This document shows, one piece after another, positions 37,512 to 50,465 of a stretch of 64,000 bases of DNA. The notes under the pieces are model-generated. The model did no database searches, was not told the DNA's origin, and was given only the letters and a program-made list of their open reading frames with translations. Location of the stretch: contig CAJINV010000020.1 in the NCBI GenBank assembly GCA_905178155.1, forward strand, positions 682,001 to 746,000. The letters are read 5' to 3'. The number at the start of each line of letters is the position of its first letter. Position 1 is the first letter of the stretch. A program made the translations under genes and the position numbers. Source of the stretch: Amoebophrya sp. A120 (lineage: Eukaryota > Protista > Dinoflagellata).

Positions 37512-40370
37512 ATGAACCGGCCGCTAGATTTTAATCTGCAGGTGACGAAGTTTTCCCCGACGTCCAGCGGGTCCATATCAAATGTAAAAATGTCTGGGTC
37601 TGGAAACTTGTGATGCTGGGTGGCGTCTCATGATGAGGCTACGGATGCTGGCTCAGCATGACAAGTTTCTGAGCTCCTAGGTGTTGCTTATTCTGCATGA
37701 CAAACTGCGCCTCTGCATGACAGAAAAACGGAGCTCTTGGGTAACGTGCATGACAGATTCAAGAGTCATGCCAGACAAGCATGACAGACATGAATTCTTC
37801 CAGACCCAGACACTTTTACAGTTGATACTCCACGTTCCAGTACCATGTACAAATAACCTCCGGTATGCAAGAGAAAAACTGTGTAACAGATGCAAACATG
37901 CAAATACAACTACAAACAGATGCAGGTACAAATAACCTCTGTGATGCAGAACATGCAAAAGAGTTCCACTTGTCATGCCAAACACTCATGAAGTCCTCCT
38001 ACTTTTCATCGTGTGTTTTCTCGTACTAGCTGCGCATGACAAACTTTCCCTGTGAACATGCGGAGGAAGCTTGTCATGCTGTCACTGCAAGGGAGACACC
38101 TACAATAACACCGTTTTTTTCTTGGATAGCCGGCCCGACCCTGAGCTGGGAGGTCATAAAGCGGTTTTCGGACTTTGACCGCTTGCTCGACCAGCTCGAT
38201 TCGCAGCGGTATGGCTGCCTCCCGAAACTCCCTCCCAAAACCCTCGCGCGACCCCTGGATGTCGAGTCCGCGACCGAGCGGCAGCGACTTCTGCAAGTGC
38301 TGCTGCACGAAATTCTCAGGAGGCCGGACCTGCGGAACAGCACGCCCCTGAAGGATTTTTTGGAAGTATAATTGTGCAAGACAAAACGGTTTTGTTTCTC
38401 TTCTGCTTTTCGATTTTGCAGCCCCTGATAGACACCAAGATACTAAATCACTGACCAGCGCCGCGGCTATTGTGCTGCTGCTTCTTGTTTGCATCGCCTC
38501 GAGGAAACCTAGTTAATGGATTCGCTACATACTTTCACCTGTGGCATATGATAATGATTCATCACACATCATCAGATCGAAGCCCACATTCCCACTCTCG
38601 GCGATGTGGACCTGCAGCCACAGATTATGCGCAGTTTCGAGGACATGCGGTACTCCGCGAGCGGCATCGTACCCGTGCCCAACCGCACCATCGTCCTCGC
38701 CGTGCACCAAGACAATTCCTCCCTGTCCCGTCTCGGGCGCGTCTGGAGCATCGTGGAGCCGGATGAGTTGGGGGTCTTTCACCTGTGGCAGCACGGCGAG
38801 GAAAAGGGCTGGGAGAGGAAAGACGACGTGTCCTGCCACCAGAAGCCAGTTTGCACCCTCTACGACGACGCGACTGACAAAGTTTTCGCAGGCTTCGACA
38901 ACGGTCAAGTCAAGATCTTAGGTAAGAAATGTTGTGCTGCTGATTTCACATGATGACTTCAAGTTCAACAACCTAGACCTACTAACTTTCTCTTACGATT
39001 CTCAATCACATCTGTTATTGCTCATCTTCCAAGTGTTGTGTTTCTGCACGAAATGGTGCATTCCAAACATGGCGATGTCGTGTACTCCCCGTTAATATTT
39101 CATCAGGATTATTGCACACCGACTCCGACAAAAACAAACCCAAGGTATCGACATGGAGCGTAGCATGAAGAAGATTTTTGCGAACGACGCCGTTCAGATG
39201 CACCACCTCGCTTCCGTGGTGGATATGAGCCTGGGCGGCGGCCGCCTGCTCTCCATCGGCTACGACAGCACGTTACGCCTGCTCGACACCAGCTCCCACG
39301 GCATCGTCGGTGGGGGCAAGCTCGGAAAGCGGCTACCGGAAGACACCTACCTCACCACCTGCTTCCTGGATAGCGAGCAGGACCGAGCCTTTCTCGGGTC
39401 CAGCGGCTACGACGTTTTTGTGTTTTCCGTCGCGAACAACCCCCCGGAGTTTCTCTTCCACTACAAATTCCCGTTGGTCGACCTAGGCTTGAACGTCGTG
39501 GTGTCGCACAGCCAAACGAATCTGCTGCCCATCCCGCTCGACGGGCGCTACGTCGCGGGAATCGGGAAGGGCGGGAACACCATGGCGTTTGCGCACAGCA
39601 ACGTGGTGACCATCTTCCCCTACATGGCGCGCAACCAGGAGCAGCGCATGTTTGACCGGAAGATCGTGGACTTTTCCGCGTACGAAGACAGCCACATCGT
39701 CGACCTCCAGGTCGCCGCCGACCGCTCGATTCTGGTCGCGGGCTTCTCCAATGGCGGAATCGCCATGTGGAACTACGACTCCCCCTCGCCCATTTTAGTC
39801 GTGCAGGCGCACGAGGGCGGCGTGTCCCGCATATTGTGGCTGGACTCGCTCCACCCCTGGGGGCCGGCGCTGCTGTCGGGCGGCAACGAGGGCAAGATCC
39901 ACACCTGGTCCTTTCAGGCGGATGTGTTCAACGACTATCACCACTGGAAGGCGGACCCACAGTTCCTCGCTATCACACAGAAAAAAGCAGGCAAGTCACA
40001 TTTGTTGTAATGCAAAAATAAATACACAAACACAAAAAGCTCTGTATTGCATATACGAAACAGCATGCTATGGGTCCCCCCATGACAAGTTTCTGTGTAT
40101 TTATTTTTGCATTACAGATATGCCCTGCCACTGCCAGCTTTTTTCTCTGGGATACTCGCGGCCGCCAACAAGGAGGCGCCGCGGATCGTGGGGAAAAGCA
40201 CCTTTGCGACCACGCAGGTGCTGGCCACCGCCGCCACTGCCGCCACGGACTCACCCGAGAAGCGACCGCTGCGAGTGGGGGGCTTGTCGCCCGGTCAGGA
40301 TACCACCGCTCCGACGTTGCGGCAACCCGACGAAGAAGACAGCGACGACGACTTGAAGGGCGTTTTTTGA
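37512..40370 (+). CDS. PX-domain + WD40-repeat protein
   Basis: FQYHVQITSGPTLSWEVIKRFSDF..LPKLPPK..ERQRLL..LKDFLE (PX domain); WD40-like LLSIGYDSTLRLLD, VAGFSNGGIAMWN, LLSGGNEGKIHTW. Three introners plus GT-AG introns at ~38366-38575 and ~38922-39145 (approximate). Confidence 0.85.
37576..37827. mobile_element. TIR introner, family A
   Basis: DR gtcca/ctcca; joins SGS|TFQYH. Confidence 0.9.
37864..38128. mobile_element. TIR introner (tatgcaagagaaaaac family)
   Basis: DR tccgg/gccgg; restores the PX segment QITSG|PTLSW. Confidence 0.85.
39971..40154. mobile_element. TIR introner (tatcacacagaaaaaagc family)
   Basis: Perfect DR ctcgc; joins QFLA|AANKE. Confidence 0.9.
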
Positions 40371-41554
40371 CACGGAAAGTGACGAAGATGTGTGTGTCGG
40401 AAATGTGGTCAACTCGGTGCTCGAAGCGACTTACTACCTTGATTTGTGAAGCGGCGGAACGCGGCGACTACGACATGAGACACGGAAGAATGCACGAGAG
40501 GATCTTCTTGGGCATGATTGAGGTCCGAAGATGAAAACCACCGCCGACTGTCATGCAATATTGAACTCCGACGCTAACAGTCAGTGTGGCCCCGGTGGTG
40601 AACATGCTCGAGCAACACCTGCTTTTTTCCGTGGGGATGGCTATGGCTCCGGCTGCAGAAGATGTAACCATGCACAGGAGCGCGAGCGCCAGATGAACTT
40701 CTAGAAGGGACTGCTACATGATCTACACGTTGCCCAAACTCGAACCAGCAAACGCACTGCTAGGAACAGGCACTGTGGTCGTGATGCAGCGAGTTGATGC
40801 CTTGTTCGTGGACGCGGGCAACAGCCGCGGGGAGATGGTTGCTGTTTATGTACGTAGAGGAGCATGAGCAGCATGTCGCAGTACAGCTACAGGAAAATAA
40901 GACTCACTGCTATAAGTCGCTCGCACGACCTAGATGACCTAGACTCACACGGCTAAAAATCGCACTTTCGCCCATGTTTTTGTCGCATGTCAAGCTTCGT
41001 CGAAGTAACGAGGTGGAGACAAGACGTAACAGCAATCGCAATTGCGTCGATACGCAGCAATGTGCTCTTTCGCTTTTTACAAGGCGAGAGCAAAGCTGGG
41101 TCGTGATAATGTTCTTGGTGCTGGAAGCGCTCTCAAGTTCAGAGAGGCATCTTCGCAGGCTTGTAGTAGCACTTTCGTTGAGTGGCTTCTGAAAAAGAAA
41201 AAAAAGCAGATGCAGAAATAAGAATGAGGGAAATTAAGAATAAGCTGAAGCAAGGGGTCTGTACCGTGCGAGTTGTTTCAACCGCTTCCATGATGGTGAA
41301 TGTGGGTCGTCGTCGTTCTCTTTGCTGGGTCGTGATCGTTAATGGCATACTTATCCTAAACCTCGTGCACTCTCACTCGCAGGTCGTGGGGAAGCGCTAG
41401 CGACGAAAAGTATCGTGGTCACATATGATTTATGAATGTCAAAGATGAACCATATTAAAATTAATGGAGATGATAAAAACGAAAGTAGGGCTTCTACAAG
41501 AATAGTGGTGGTCTTGTTTTATGATACAATTTTAATTTTCACGAGAAAGCGAAA

Positions 41555-42799
41555 ATGAGAATAAAGCGAAGAAATAAGCAAGGCGGTGACCACCACGGCG
41601 GGCCTCAGCTGTCGACGGGCGCCGTGCTCGCGGTCTCGTTTTTCTTCATCAAGTGTGTGGCGCCCTTCTTCTACGGCGCGACCTGTTTGCTGTTCGGGTA
41701 CAGCGGTCTACCTACGCATGTCGTCATGGCCAAGGACCTCCGCAAAGTGCATGTCGCTGTGGGTAGTTCTGGTGGCATGGCGGACGGAACGAGCAGCTCC
41801 AAAGCAGCGGAACAAGGTGGTCCAGCGTACTACGACGAATTTTCTGACCAAACGGACGTAGATCATGAGACCGACCAAGCTGATTCGTCGCATCGGCTGC
41901 TGTCATAACGCTGCGAAGCCGGCGTCGTTCGCAACTTCGGACAGTAGTACAACAAGTTCCGGCTCTATCGTTCTCAACGCGACTGCGGTAGCGGCGTTCC
42001 CGAGTTTCAGCCCAGCTGCTTTGGAGAAACTGCAGGGGGATGAGGCGCAGATCCAGGAGTACCTGACGGGACAGAATTTTACGGAGTACCAAATCAACTT
42101 GGTGATGGAAGCGTGGATTGATGCGGGAAAGGACTGGGATGCGGTATGGTTCGAAGAAATGCTGACGCTAGCGGTTTTTTTCGTTTAGTGCGCAAATGAA
42201 CAGACGACACTAGTTCATCGCTTTGAGATGGAAAAGAAATCTCACCTATGAACGTATTACATCAGGTATCCCAACTGCGTGACAGCGGGATGCTGGCCGC
42301 TTTTGAGCACCTGGACCACGACAAAAGCGGCGTTTTGGGCGAGTCGGAATGGTCCACAGAATGTGTCCGCGCAGCCGATGTCGACAAGAGCGGCAACGTT
42401 GGGGTTTCGGAGATGGGCGAGTTCTGCACTCATCACGACAGCAATGGGGCTACGACAGCGGATGCCGCATTCCTCGAAACCAGGGCGATAGGGATGTGGC
42501 CGTTCAACATGTTGTCGTCATGCTGCTATCTTCACGGTGGACTTCCAAAGCACGACGTCGAGGAGATCCAGGTCCGCGATGCCAACAGAAACCCGGAACA
42601 GGAAAGATTTGAGGAGCGCAACAACCCGTTCGGCTTTCTACCTGGTGACCTACCTCCAGAGGATGACAAGCGCGGCCCGTCGAGCAACCCTTCTTCACTT
42701 AGCGGCCACACCGACACCGATTCCGATACGCCCGGCACCGGCTCGCCCGGCTCAATTCCCCCCCTGCCGGAGCGATCCAAGTACATGAATTTCGCGTGA
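41555..42799 (+). CDS. EF-hand protein with N-terminal hydrophobic segment
   Basis: EF-hand loops DHDKSGVLGESE and DVDKSGNVGVSE. Probable introns at ~41858-41918 (uncertain) and ~42174-42265. Confidence 0.6.
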
Positions 42800-43216
42800 T
42801 TAGTACCCATTCTGAAGATGAGCGTCACACTCACACTCTTCAATAGCGTTATTCTTATTCATTGATATTTCACGACTCTAATATGACAAACAAGCAATAC
42901 CAATATCTATATCAATCAAGAATGTGAATGATTGAAGAAAGCTAAGCAGCAGACGATGAAGTGGAGTACTACTTGCAAGTATAATTCGTCCCCAAAAAAA
43001 ACATCAGCCCCAGAAACATGCGGTTCATTCCCCTCGGGGGAACCGGCACCCCCCGTGACACCTCGTGAAGTTGGCGTGGCGCATCCCAAGAAAATAATGG
43101 AGCTTGGCTACCACAGGCACAGCTAACATGAAAATCACACGTGCTCCCTTTCCGCTGCTTTAGCTTTGAAAAACGAGTTGTTATTTTGATGAGAAAACGA
43201 TAGGTATAAATATATT

Positions 43217-43641
43217 GGTTGACAAACCAAAATCTCAACCACGCCAATTTGTCTCAACGTTGAGACAAAACGCCCCAACGTTGACACCGACGCCTCAACT
43301 TCGGCACCGTTTAGGGATTAGGGTCTAGGGTTTGGGGTTCTGGTCGTCGGCCAGGGCAGCCGCCGCCGGCCGGCCGGCCGGCCGGCGGCGGCTGCCCTGG
43401 CCGACGACTCTCTCCTTTCCTTGTGTTGTGTTCCACACCCGGCGCACCCCTGCCCGTGTGTGTTGCCGCGTCCTTGCCCTCCTTGTGTCTCATCGACCCC
43501 GCCTCGCGTCAATGGCGGCGGGCGTACCTCTCCGCCGCTACCGACGAGCGTTGTTTGGGGCCGCCGGGCAATCGTTGAGACGATTGCCCATCGGCCTCAT
43601 GAACGTTGAGACAAGAACGTTGAGATTCTGGTCTGTTAACC
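43217..43641. mobile_element. Mutator(MULE)-like MITE, 425 bp, 9-bp target-site duplication (TSD)
   Basis: TSD aaatatatt (43208-43216/43642-43650); TIR ggttgacaaaccaaaatctcaac / gttgagattctggtctgttaacc; subterminal aacgttgaga repeats. Confidence 0.88.
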
Positions 43642-44401
43642 AAATATATTTCAATCTGATGCTACTTGCAGGAACATCAAAAGAAAATGAAAAATAAAGA
43701 TAGAAAATAAGCCCGTTTGTGGCATGTGTCTATGTATCTAGTATGGAAAGACAGGACCAAACAGCTAGAGTGGTCGACCACATCAACCCTTAACCCAGTT
43801 GCATGTTATCAGAAAAGCCCCACAGTGTGCTTAACTACAGACGTTCAGTGTTTACTTTGCCCTGCTGGGATTTTGCAACGTATCAACATAGCGATTTGTT
43901 GCACAGGAAATTGAAAATGTATGATGCTCTGTCTACAACCTCTTGATGCGGATTTCACTTGCCATTGAAGATTAGTGAGAATTGTAGCAACTTCAACACT
44001 CGACTCGCGATCGCGTGGGCCCCCTTTGTTGTAATTCTAATTTGTCGTCAGATTTCCGCAGTGCTTGATCTCGATCCTTACTAACAGTGAATTTTGTTGT
44101 GTTTATCTATCACGGTATCTTCACTGATGGTGCAAACGAATGTTCTGTTCGGTGCCGCTTTCGCGTCATGATGCGTTTTGCTTACTAGCTTCGTAAGTAG
44201 TTTGAATTTTTCTACAATGAGACTTGGATTTCGGCTTCCGTTTCCCTACAAGTGCAATCAAGCCGGGCAGCGCGTTTTCATCTCGAGTGTGACAGAGCTA
44301 GAGATAGAGCGGGTACTTGCAGAGTGCGAAGGGCGAGTGTTTTTTTTCAAATTCCACTTGATAGAGACCACGACGACATGTAAGTAGATGGGTCACGGAA
44401 G

Positions 44402-46036
44402 TTGACTCGAGTGATCGAGGATATGGATACAGACAAAAAGCAGATGTCAGCATCTCCGTCTCCCTTCGGAATTTCGCTCCCGTCCGCGTGTCTGGGCCAT
44501 GCCAGCACTCAGACGCCCGGTCGTATATTACCACGGTTTCTCACTTTCGTCCTTTGCCCGGCAGCTCTGTCCCTCGCGCAGGCAGCACAACAAGAAGAAA
44601 GCCAGCCGCAGGAGTACGCGTATTCTCCCAACGCGGAGCTACAAATTGAGGCCGGAAATGATCGTGGTTCAGATACACAAGACAATTCTGTGGCCCCCTC
44701 TGCATCTGCAGCAGCGCCGCAAGAAACTACAGGTACATCTTCTACCACCGTCCAACAAGGGCAATCCCAACCTCCAGCAAAGGTCCGGCACACCCCCGAC
44801 CAGCGAGAGTGCAGCAACAACTGGCTGAGTCCGGATTTTTGCGCCGACATGGTGTGTTGTATTTGTCCCGCCGAGCAGTGGCAGATGTATCCGGCGGAGT
44901 ACCAACTGGACCCGACGCAGATGTACCTGTACAAATCGCGGGGTAACAACGCGTTTTTCTGCGGTTGCGCCGCATCCGTCCCCGACCCGCAGCGCCCGGT
45001 GCAGATTCCGGAGGACGCGGCGGTTTTTCCCGACGCCAGCCCCTACAAGGTTCTCGGCCTCGAGGAGGACGCGCAACTTTCCCTGCCGGAGCTGGAGCAG
45101 CGCGCGGACGAGAAGATAAACCGCGTGTCATATCAAAATGAAAAATGCCTCCAGCCCAAAATTTGCAAAAGTTCTTTCTGATGCAAAGTTTCCAAATGAA
45201 GACTTCTTGTCTTGCACGAAAGGACTGCGAGTCTCATTCTGATGCAGAAGAATCTAGGCTAGTGAGGCATCTTTATCTTTTACATTACAGGCCCGGCTGC
45301 TGCTGGGCTCTTGCGCAACACAAATTTGAGCCATTCAGCATGGCAAATTTGTGATGCTGATATATGCAAGACGGGGAGTGTTTCTATTGGAAAGGTTTGC
45401 AATAGAAATGCTGCCGAGTTCTTCAGGGGAGGTGGGGGCATTTTTCATTGTAATATGTGCTTCCCGTACTTCGCCGACCCGCGGTTCGACCGCGTCACGC
45501 TGTCCTACGGCTTGCCGCAGTCGTGGAAAAAGCTCTTTCCCGAAGTGGACGACCGGGAGCTGAAGAACTGGCTGGATGCCCAGGTCGCGCTGTTGGCGAA
45601 GGCCAAGGAGACCGTGCAGGTCGGCTCGGTCACGCGGACCAAGTACGCGGACGGCCAGGTGATCGCGGACGTTTTCCAGAAAAACGCGGAAGTCTCCGGC
45701 AACGCGGACTGCATGTGTCCGCCGGGCGCCCGCCGCCAGCAAACCGTCCGGTACGGCTTTGTCTGCCGCGCCACCTCCCCGCCGACCCTGCTCACGGCCA
45801 CTGGAGCTGCCGCCGGCGAGCAAGTGCTGGCTTCTACTCCGTCGGGGCAGGAGGAGAACAAAGGACCACAAGGAAAGCTGCGCGGAGGACAAAAGGGGGA
45901 GCGGGTTCCCTTTATCGAGTGGGACCTCGTTCGGGAAAAACTGGCGGAGGCCACGGGAGGTGGGGGTTTGTCCAACATGTTGCCGAAACAAAGCATACGG
46001 ATCACGCAAAACGGGGATGTAGATGCCAAGAACTAG
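44402..46036 (+). CDS. Probable secreted Cys-containing hypothetical protein (start codon uncertain)
   Basis: Signal-like FLTFVLCPAALSLAQA; joins across introner 45131-45455 (INRV|CFPYFAD). PYKVLGL resembles J-domain helix I but no HPD is seen. Confidence 0.65.
45131..45455. mobile_element. TIR introner (tatcaaaatgaaaaatgcc family)
   Basis: Flanks tgtca/tgtgc; right end ggcatttttcattgtaata. Confidence 0.85.
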
Positions 46037-47288
46037 TTTTTCTGGAAGAGCGTGCAACATCTTTGTGTTGTTCGGAGAAGCAGGCGAAAAAATAAAAGGA
46101 AGAGAAAATCCGCGCGAAGCATCATCATGTCGCGTGGAGACCGACTGAAGACGAGTGAAGTCCACTCACATTGTGGCTCTTGTCCCTGATCTGTGTATCA
46201 TTTGTTCCTTGGAGCGATCCACCGCTTGATGTACAAGTAGAGTACAACTTGCTCGACGTGCGAGTGAGTTATCTAGGAGATCTGCACAACGACAACCTAA
46301 ACCCGCTTTCTTGGGAAGATCATCATCTGGATCATAGCACAAAACTGTCGGATGTCATGTCGTCGTTGTGTTTGTGACTTGATGAGATGAAGATGCTCTC
46401 ATTTTTCATACGATACACTTCAGTCTAGTGCTTCATTTTTTCTTTGCAGCTGCGTCTTCTGTTATATTTATCTAAACCCTGACGTCCGCGCAGTGTTAGA
46501 GCTCGAGTTAAGAATAAAATGTGCTGGGTGGCCTAACGCCCTTACCTAAACCGCGCTGGGGGCTTGCAAATTCTGTTGCCGAAAGCGATGGTCTTTGTAG
46601 GTCAACGTGAGTCCGCTGGTTGGGGGCTACAGCGTAATTTTCCTGGCTGCGCAAACGCCTAACTTTTCGACAATCTCTCACAAGGTTAAGCTCGAAATAA
46701 GTTCGCAAATTGCTCAAGGTCGATATTTTTCGGGATGTGTAGATGGTGAGAAGGCGTTGATCGCTCGAAATGTCTCTCTCCAGCACAAGATCGATTTTTT
46801 CGCGTACAAGCACCAACGTCAGGAGAAGTAAGAAAAGCACTGGACTACATTTTTGAGGGGAGGCTTAGATCTGCGAGACGCTCAGCGAAGTTTTAAGCAC
46901 TACTGAAAAAGACAGAGTCTAAAGATCGGACAAGGTTAAACGTTTACCCTGCAGTTCCTGTAGTAGCATCGACCAAAAAGTATAAATAAGCCAGCTCAAC
47001 AACCAAAGCGCCTGTCCTTTTTTCACTTTTTCTATATCGCTTTTGTCTAGTTGCACTAATTTTCTACCGCCGCTTTCGAGCGAGCATTCATGAACACTCT
47101 TTCGAGTGCTTCTTGAAACACTACTTGACTTGACTTGCTTGACGGACTTTATTTCTTGGAGTCATGATCTAAAGCCTTTTTTCAGCTTTTTTTCTTTTGG
47201 TGCAAGAAACACGATCGTGGTACGGTTCTTTGTAGCAAAAGATGTGAAGATCCTCGTCAAGTTTTTTTTCGATGGATTATAATATGCC

Positions 47289-49770
47289 ATGATCACCTCG
47301 AGCTCGACGCAGGGTAACAAGAAACGCCGTGTCACCACTCCTGACAAGGATCATAGCCCCGTGGAGACGAGTAGAGCACAAGGATCAAAAGCCAGACGAT
47401 CACCGAGCCCACGGAACGTATCACCAGCAAGGGACGATCAAAGCCACAGTGTTGTTCAAGATTCTGGTCGAGTTATGAAGAAAGCGGTGCAACCAACATT
47501 TTCATCCAGCAGTTCGTCAGCCGCACCCCCAAGCGGAATCACCAGCATGGTGACTGGTCCTGGTACATCAACACCGACCTCCGTTCCTTCTCTTTTGGCG
47601 GGGATGTCTGCCAGTAGTTCCTCTGCGCAGAAGATGAACCAAGACAAACAGCGGCAGGATGCGAGGTGGATGAAGATGGCGGTGGAGGAGGGCGAGAAGG
47701 GCAGACTTGTAACTGCCCCGAATCTATGCATTGCAAACGTATCTTACTAGTAGTAATTGCATTAGAGCGGGGTAACAAATGTCCCGTTAACTCGCACCCG
47801 CGAGTTAGCCGTCCGCCCGGCCGGCCGGGCGGTTAACTCGCGGTTAGAAGTGTAGACAAATCGAAAGGTGGCGCAAATCTAACCCGAAGGCTCGCCAATC
47901 CTCACTGCAGCATGCTGACCTTTCGATTTGTCTACACTTCTAACTGCGAGTTAACCGCCCGGCCGGCCGGGCGGACGGCTAACTCGCGGGTGCGAGTTAG
48001 TGGGTCATTTGTTACCCCGCTCTTACAAATTTGCTTATCATTACAAATGACATTTGTAATGCTGTTTTACGTTAATAAGGAGATTTGTCATGCATAACAG
48101 CTGCACTTACTACGAGTACCAGTACGATCCTTTTGCAATCCATAGAATCCCTGGGTGGGGGTCGTGATCGTGCACGACCCGACGCAGACGCTCCTCGGGG
48201 TCGGCCACCACAAAGGTCCCGGCACCCCGCACGCCGAGCCGAACGCAATCGCCGACGCGGAGGGGAATTTCGCGGCCTTGCTGCCGCGGCTGGGAAGTGA
48301 TAGTGAACGAAAGGAGGACAATCACAAAGACAATATGTTCGAGAATTGCACACTGTACTCCACCCTGGAGCCGTGCCACCGAGGCCCTGGGAAGCGCACG
48401 CCGCCCTGCGACGAACTGATCGTCGCCAAGAAAATTCCGCGGGTTTGCATCGGCGTGGTAGACACGGACGCGACTTTCGGGGCGCGTAAAGGCATCGCGT
48501 TTCTTCAAAAAAACGGAGTAGAGGTTTGCACCGTGGAAGGTGGTATCATCGACGAGGTGGATGAGGATGCTTGTAAGAGCTGCATAGATCATGTAGATCA
48601 CGACCAGCATCTTGACAAATCGTCATCTACTCGCCCCTTTCGCCCGGCGCTGGACTCCTTGCGCCCCTATTTACATCAGCGTGTATTCGGGACGCCCTAC
48701 GTAGTACTGAAAATAGCGTGCTCGATGGACGGGAAAATCGCCTGCGCAGATTCCACTTCGCAGTGGATCACGGACGCTCCGGCCCGCGAAGACTCCCACC
48801 TAAGGTTTCGCGCACGCTCGCAGGCCATGTTGGTCGGCAGTGGGACCTATCTCAAAGACAAACCGCGCCTCAACGTGCGGGTACCTTCAAATAGCGTGAA
48901 CCATGTAAAGATGTTGAAAAGTGCTTCAACTACAAGTAGTGCGGGCGGAGAGCAGCAGCGCGCCGAACACCAAGACGACAAGGCTGGTCCAGGCCCAGTT
49001 AAAAATCAAACACCCATACTACAATTTTACGACCCACTGAGGGTCGTGCTTGACAGTCGTGGGCGGCTAGCAACACTACCGGATCCGTATATGCTTTGGA
49101 AAAATTTTTATCTTCGGTGGTCGAGCACTCGATCTCTGTTTGTGCATCGCGACAGATGATTTACTGCGTGTTCGCTTCTAACAAACAGGTTTACTGCTTT
49201 TAAAATAAAATGAAGTTTCAGTTTGACCTGACCACCTGGATGATTTTTTGTCCCTCGATACGCGTAACGGCCGGAGAAAACCCGTGGCTGCTATTCACAC
49301 ACCAGCCAAAATCCACATTCCCGGAACACATCCAGCAGAGCGCCGAGATCGTGTGTTTGCAACAAGAACGGGCGGGTGGACTACACAACTTGCAGAAGGA
49401 TCAAAGTTCTCGTCGCGAGAATATTAACAGCATCAACCTCCAGGAAGTTTTACAGTTTCTCGGCAAGGAGAAGAAGGTTTTACAGGTTACCGTCGAGGGG
49501 GGCAGCGCGTTGCAGGGATCCTTTCTCCAGGAGAATTTGGTGCAAGAGGTGGCGATCTATCAGGGCGCATGTCTTCTCGGCTCCTCGGGTATCCCCTGGG
49601 CCACGGCTCCGTTGACGAGCACCATCTCCGAGGCGCTTTTCTGGGAGTTAAAAGACGTCTCGCGCCACGGTGAGCGGGATGTTTTACTGCAGTACGGGAA
49701 CAAACAGTGGGCGGAAAAACTGGAGGCGGCGTTTGTCAGTGGAAGTGGTACGAAGGCGCCAACTACGTGA
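47289..49770 (+). CDS. ribD: Bifunctional riboflavin biosynthesis deaminase/reductase RibD with low-complexity N-terminal extension
   Basis: APNPWVGVVIV (after introner removal), HAE, YSTLEPCH..RTPPC, PYVVLKIACSMDGKIA, SQWIT, VGSGT..DKPRLNVR, PLRVVLDS, VEGG. Confidence 0.95.
47725..48144. mobile_element. TIR introner, family B, containing a nested MITE
   Basis: Perfect DR gaatc; removal restores APN|PWVG. Confidence 0.95.
47765..48022. mobile_element. PIF/Harbinger (Tourist)-like fold-back MITE, TTA TSD
   Basis: ~105-bp near-perfect IR arms (47765-47869 / 47918-48022) starting gagcggggtaac. tta is duplicated at 47762-64/48023-25, splitting the family-B consensus aattgcattacaaat. Confidence 0.9.
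49090..49260. mobile_element. Degenerate TAT..ATA introner in ribD
   Basis: Flanks ccgta/cgcgt; removing it plus 5 nt joins LPD-x-VTAGENPWLLFT in frame. Confidence 0.65.
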
Positions 49771-50465
49771 ACATTTTTTCTAGCCCTTCGTCTGTACTAC
49801 TGCCACTGCAAAATGCATAGAGACTGACACATATCATGACAAAAACCATATGTAAAACATGAGCGAGCAGCACAAGCAGATCCAGATCTCTGCTTCAAGC
49901 AGACAAAACAGCTTGAGTGCTTTTCATTTTTTATGTGAAGACACTCTGGCAGCTCTGGCTACATTCATAAGCAGACCGGGTGACATCACAGATGGCCACC
50001 ACTTATCTCATTTATCTCGCCTCGTAGTCGTCACGTCCCCCCTTGGGCGAGAGATTGAGATTCTCCCTTACTCTACAGAAAGCGAAACTCGATGAGAAAT
50101 CATGATGATGAACGAGAAGCGAGGGAGGCAATCGCGTGATCGGATCTGAGTGCCAATCTGTCGTCGGAACGAGCGCGGCAACGCGAAGGCATATTCTCGT
50201 GAGAAAACCGTGTCTGAATTGTCAGCAGGGAAAAATAACCGCTTCGTGGAATAAGAAATTTTAACCGTAATAGTTTATCGACAGGACCACCATCAGCATT
50301 TCCATCACACCACTTGTAACTCAAGAACAAGATGGGCATCATGTGTGTTTCGACGTCTTCTGAAGCTTTCCGGTTTGGTCGTTGAGCACGCTTGCAAAAT
50401 AAAACTTTTCGTATTCAGCGCGTTGCCAACATGATCATGTCATCGTACCTTTCGAGCAGAGCAGA

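Noticed and set aside
45040-45130. DnaJ domain call from PYKVLGL
   Set aside because: The HPD motif is absent after splicing.
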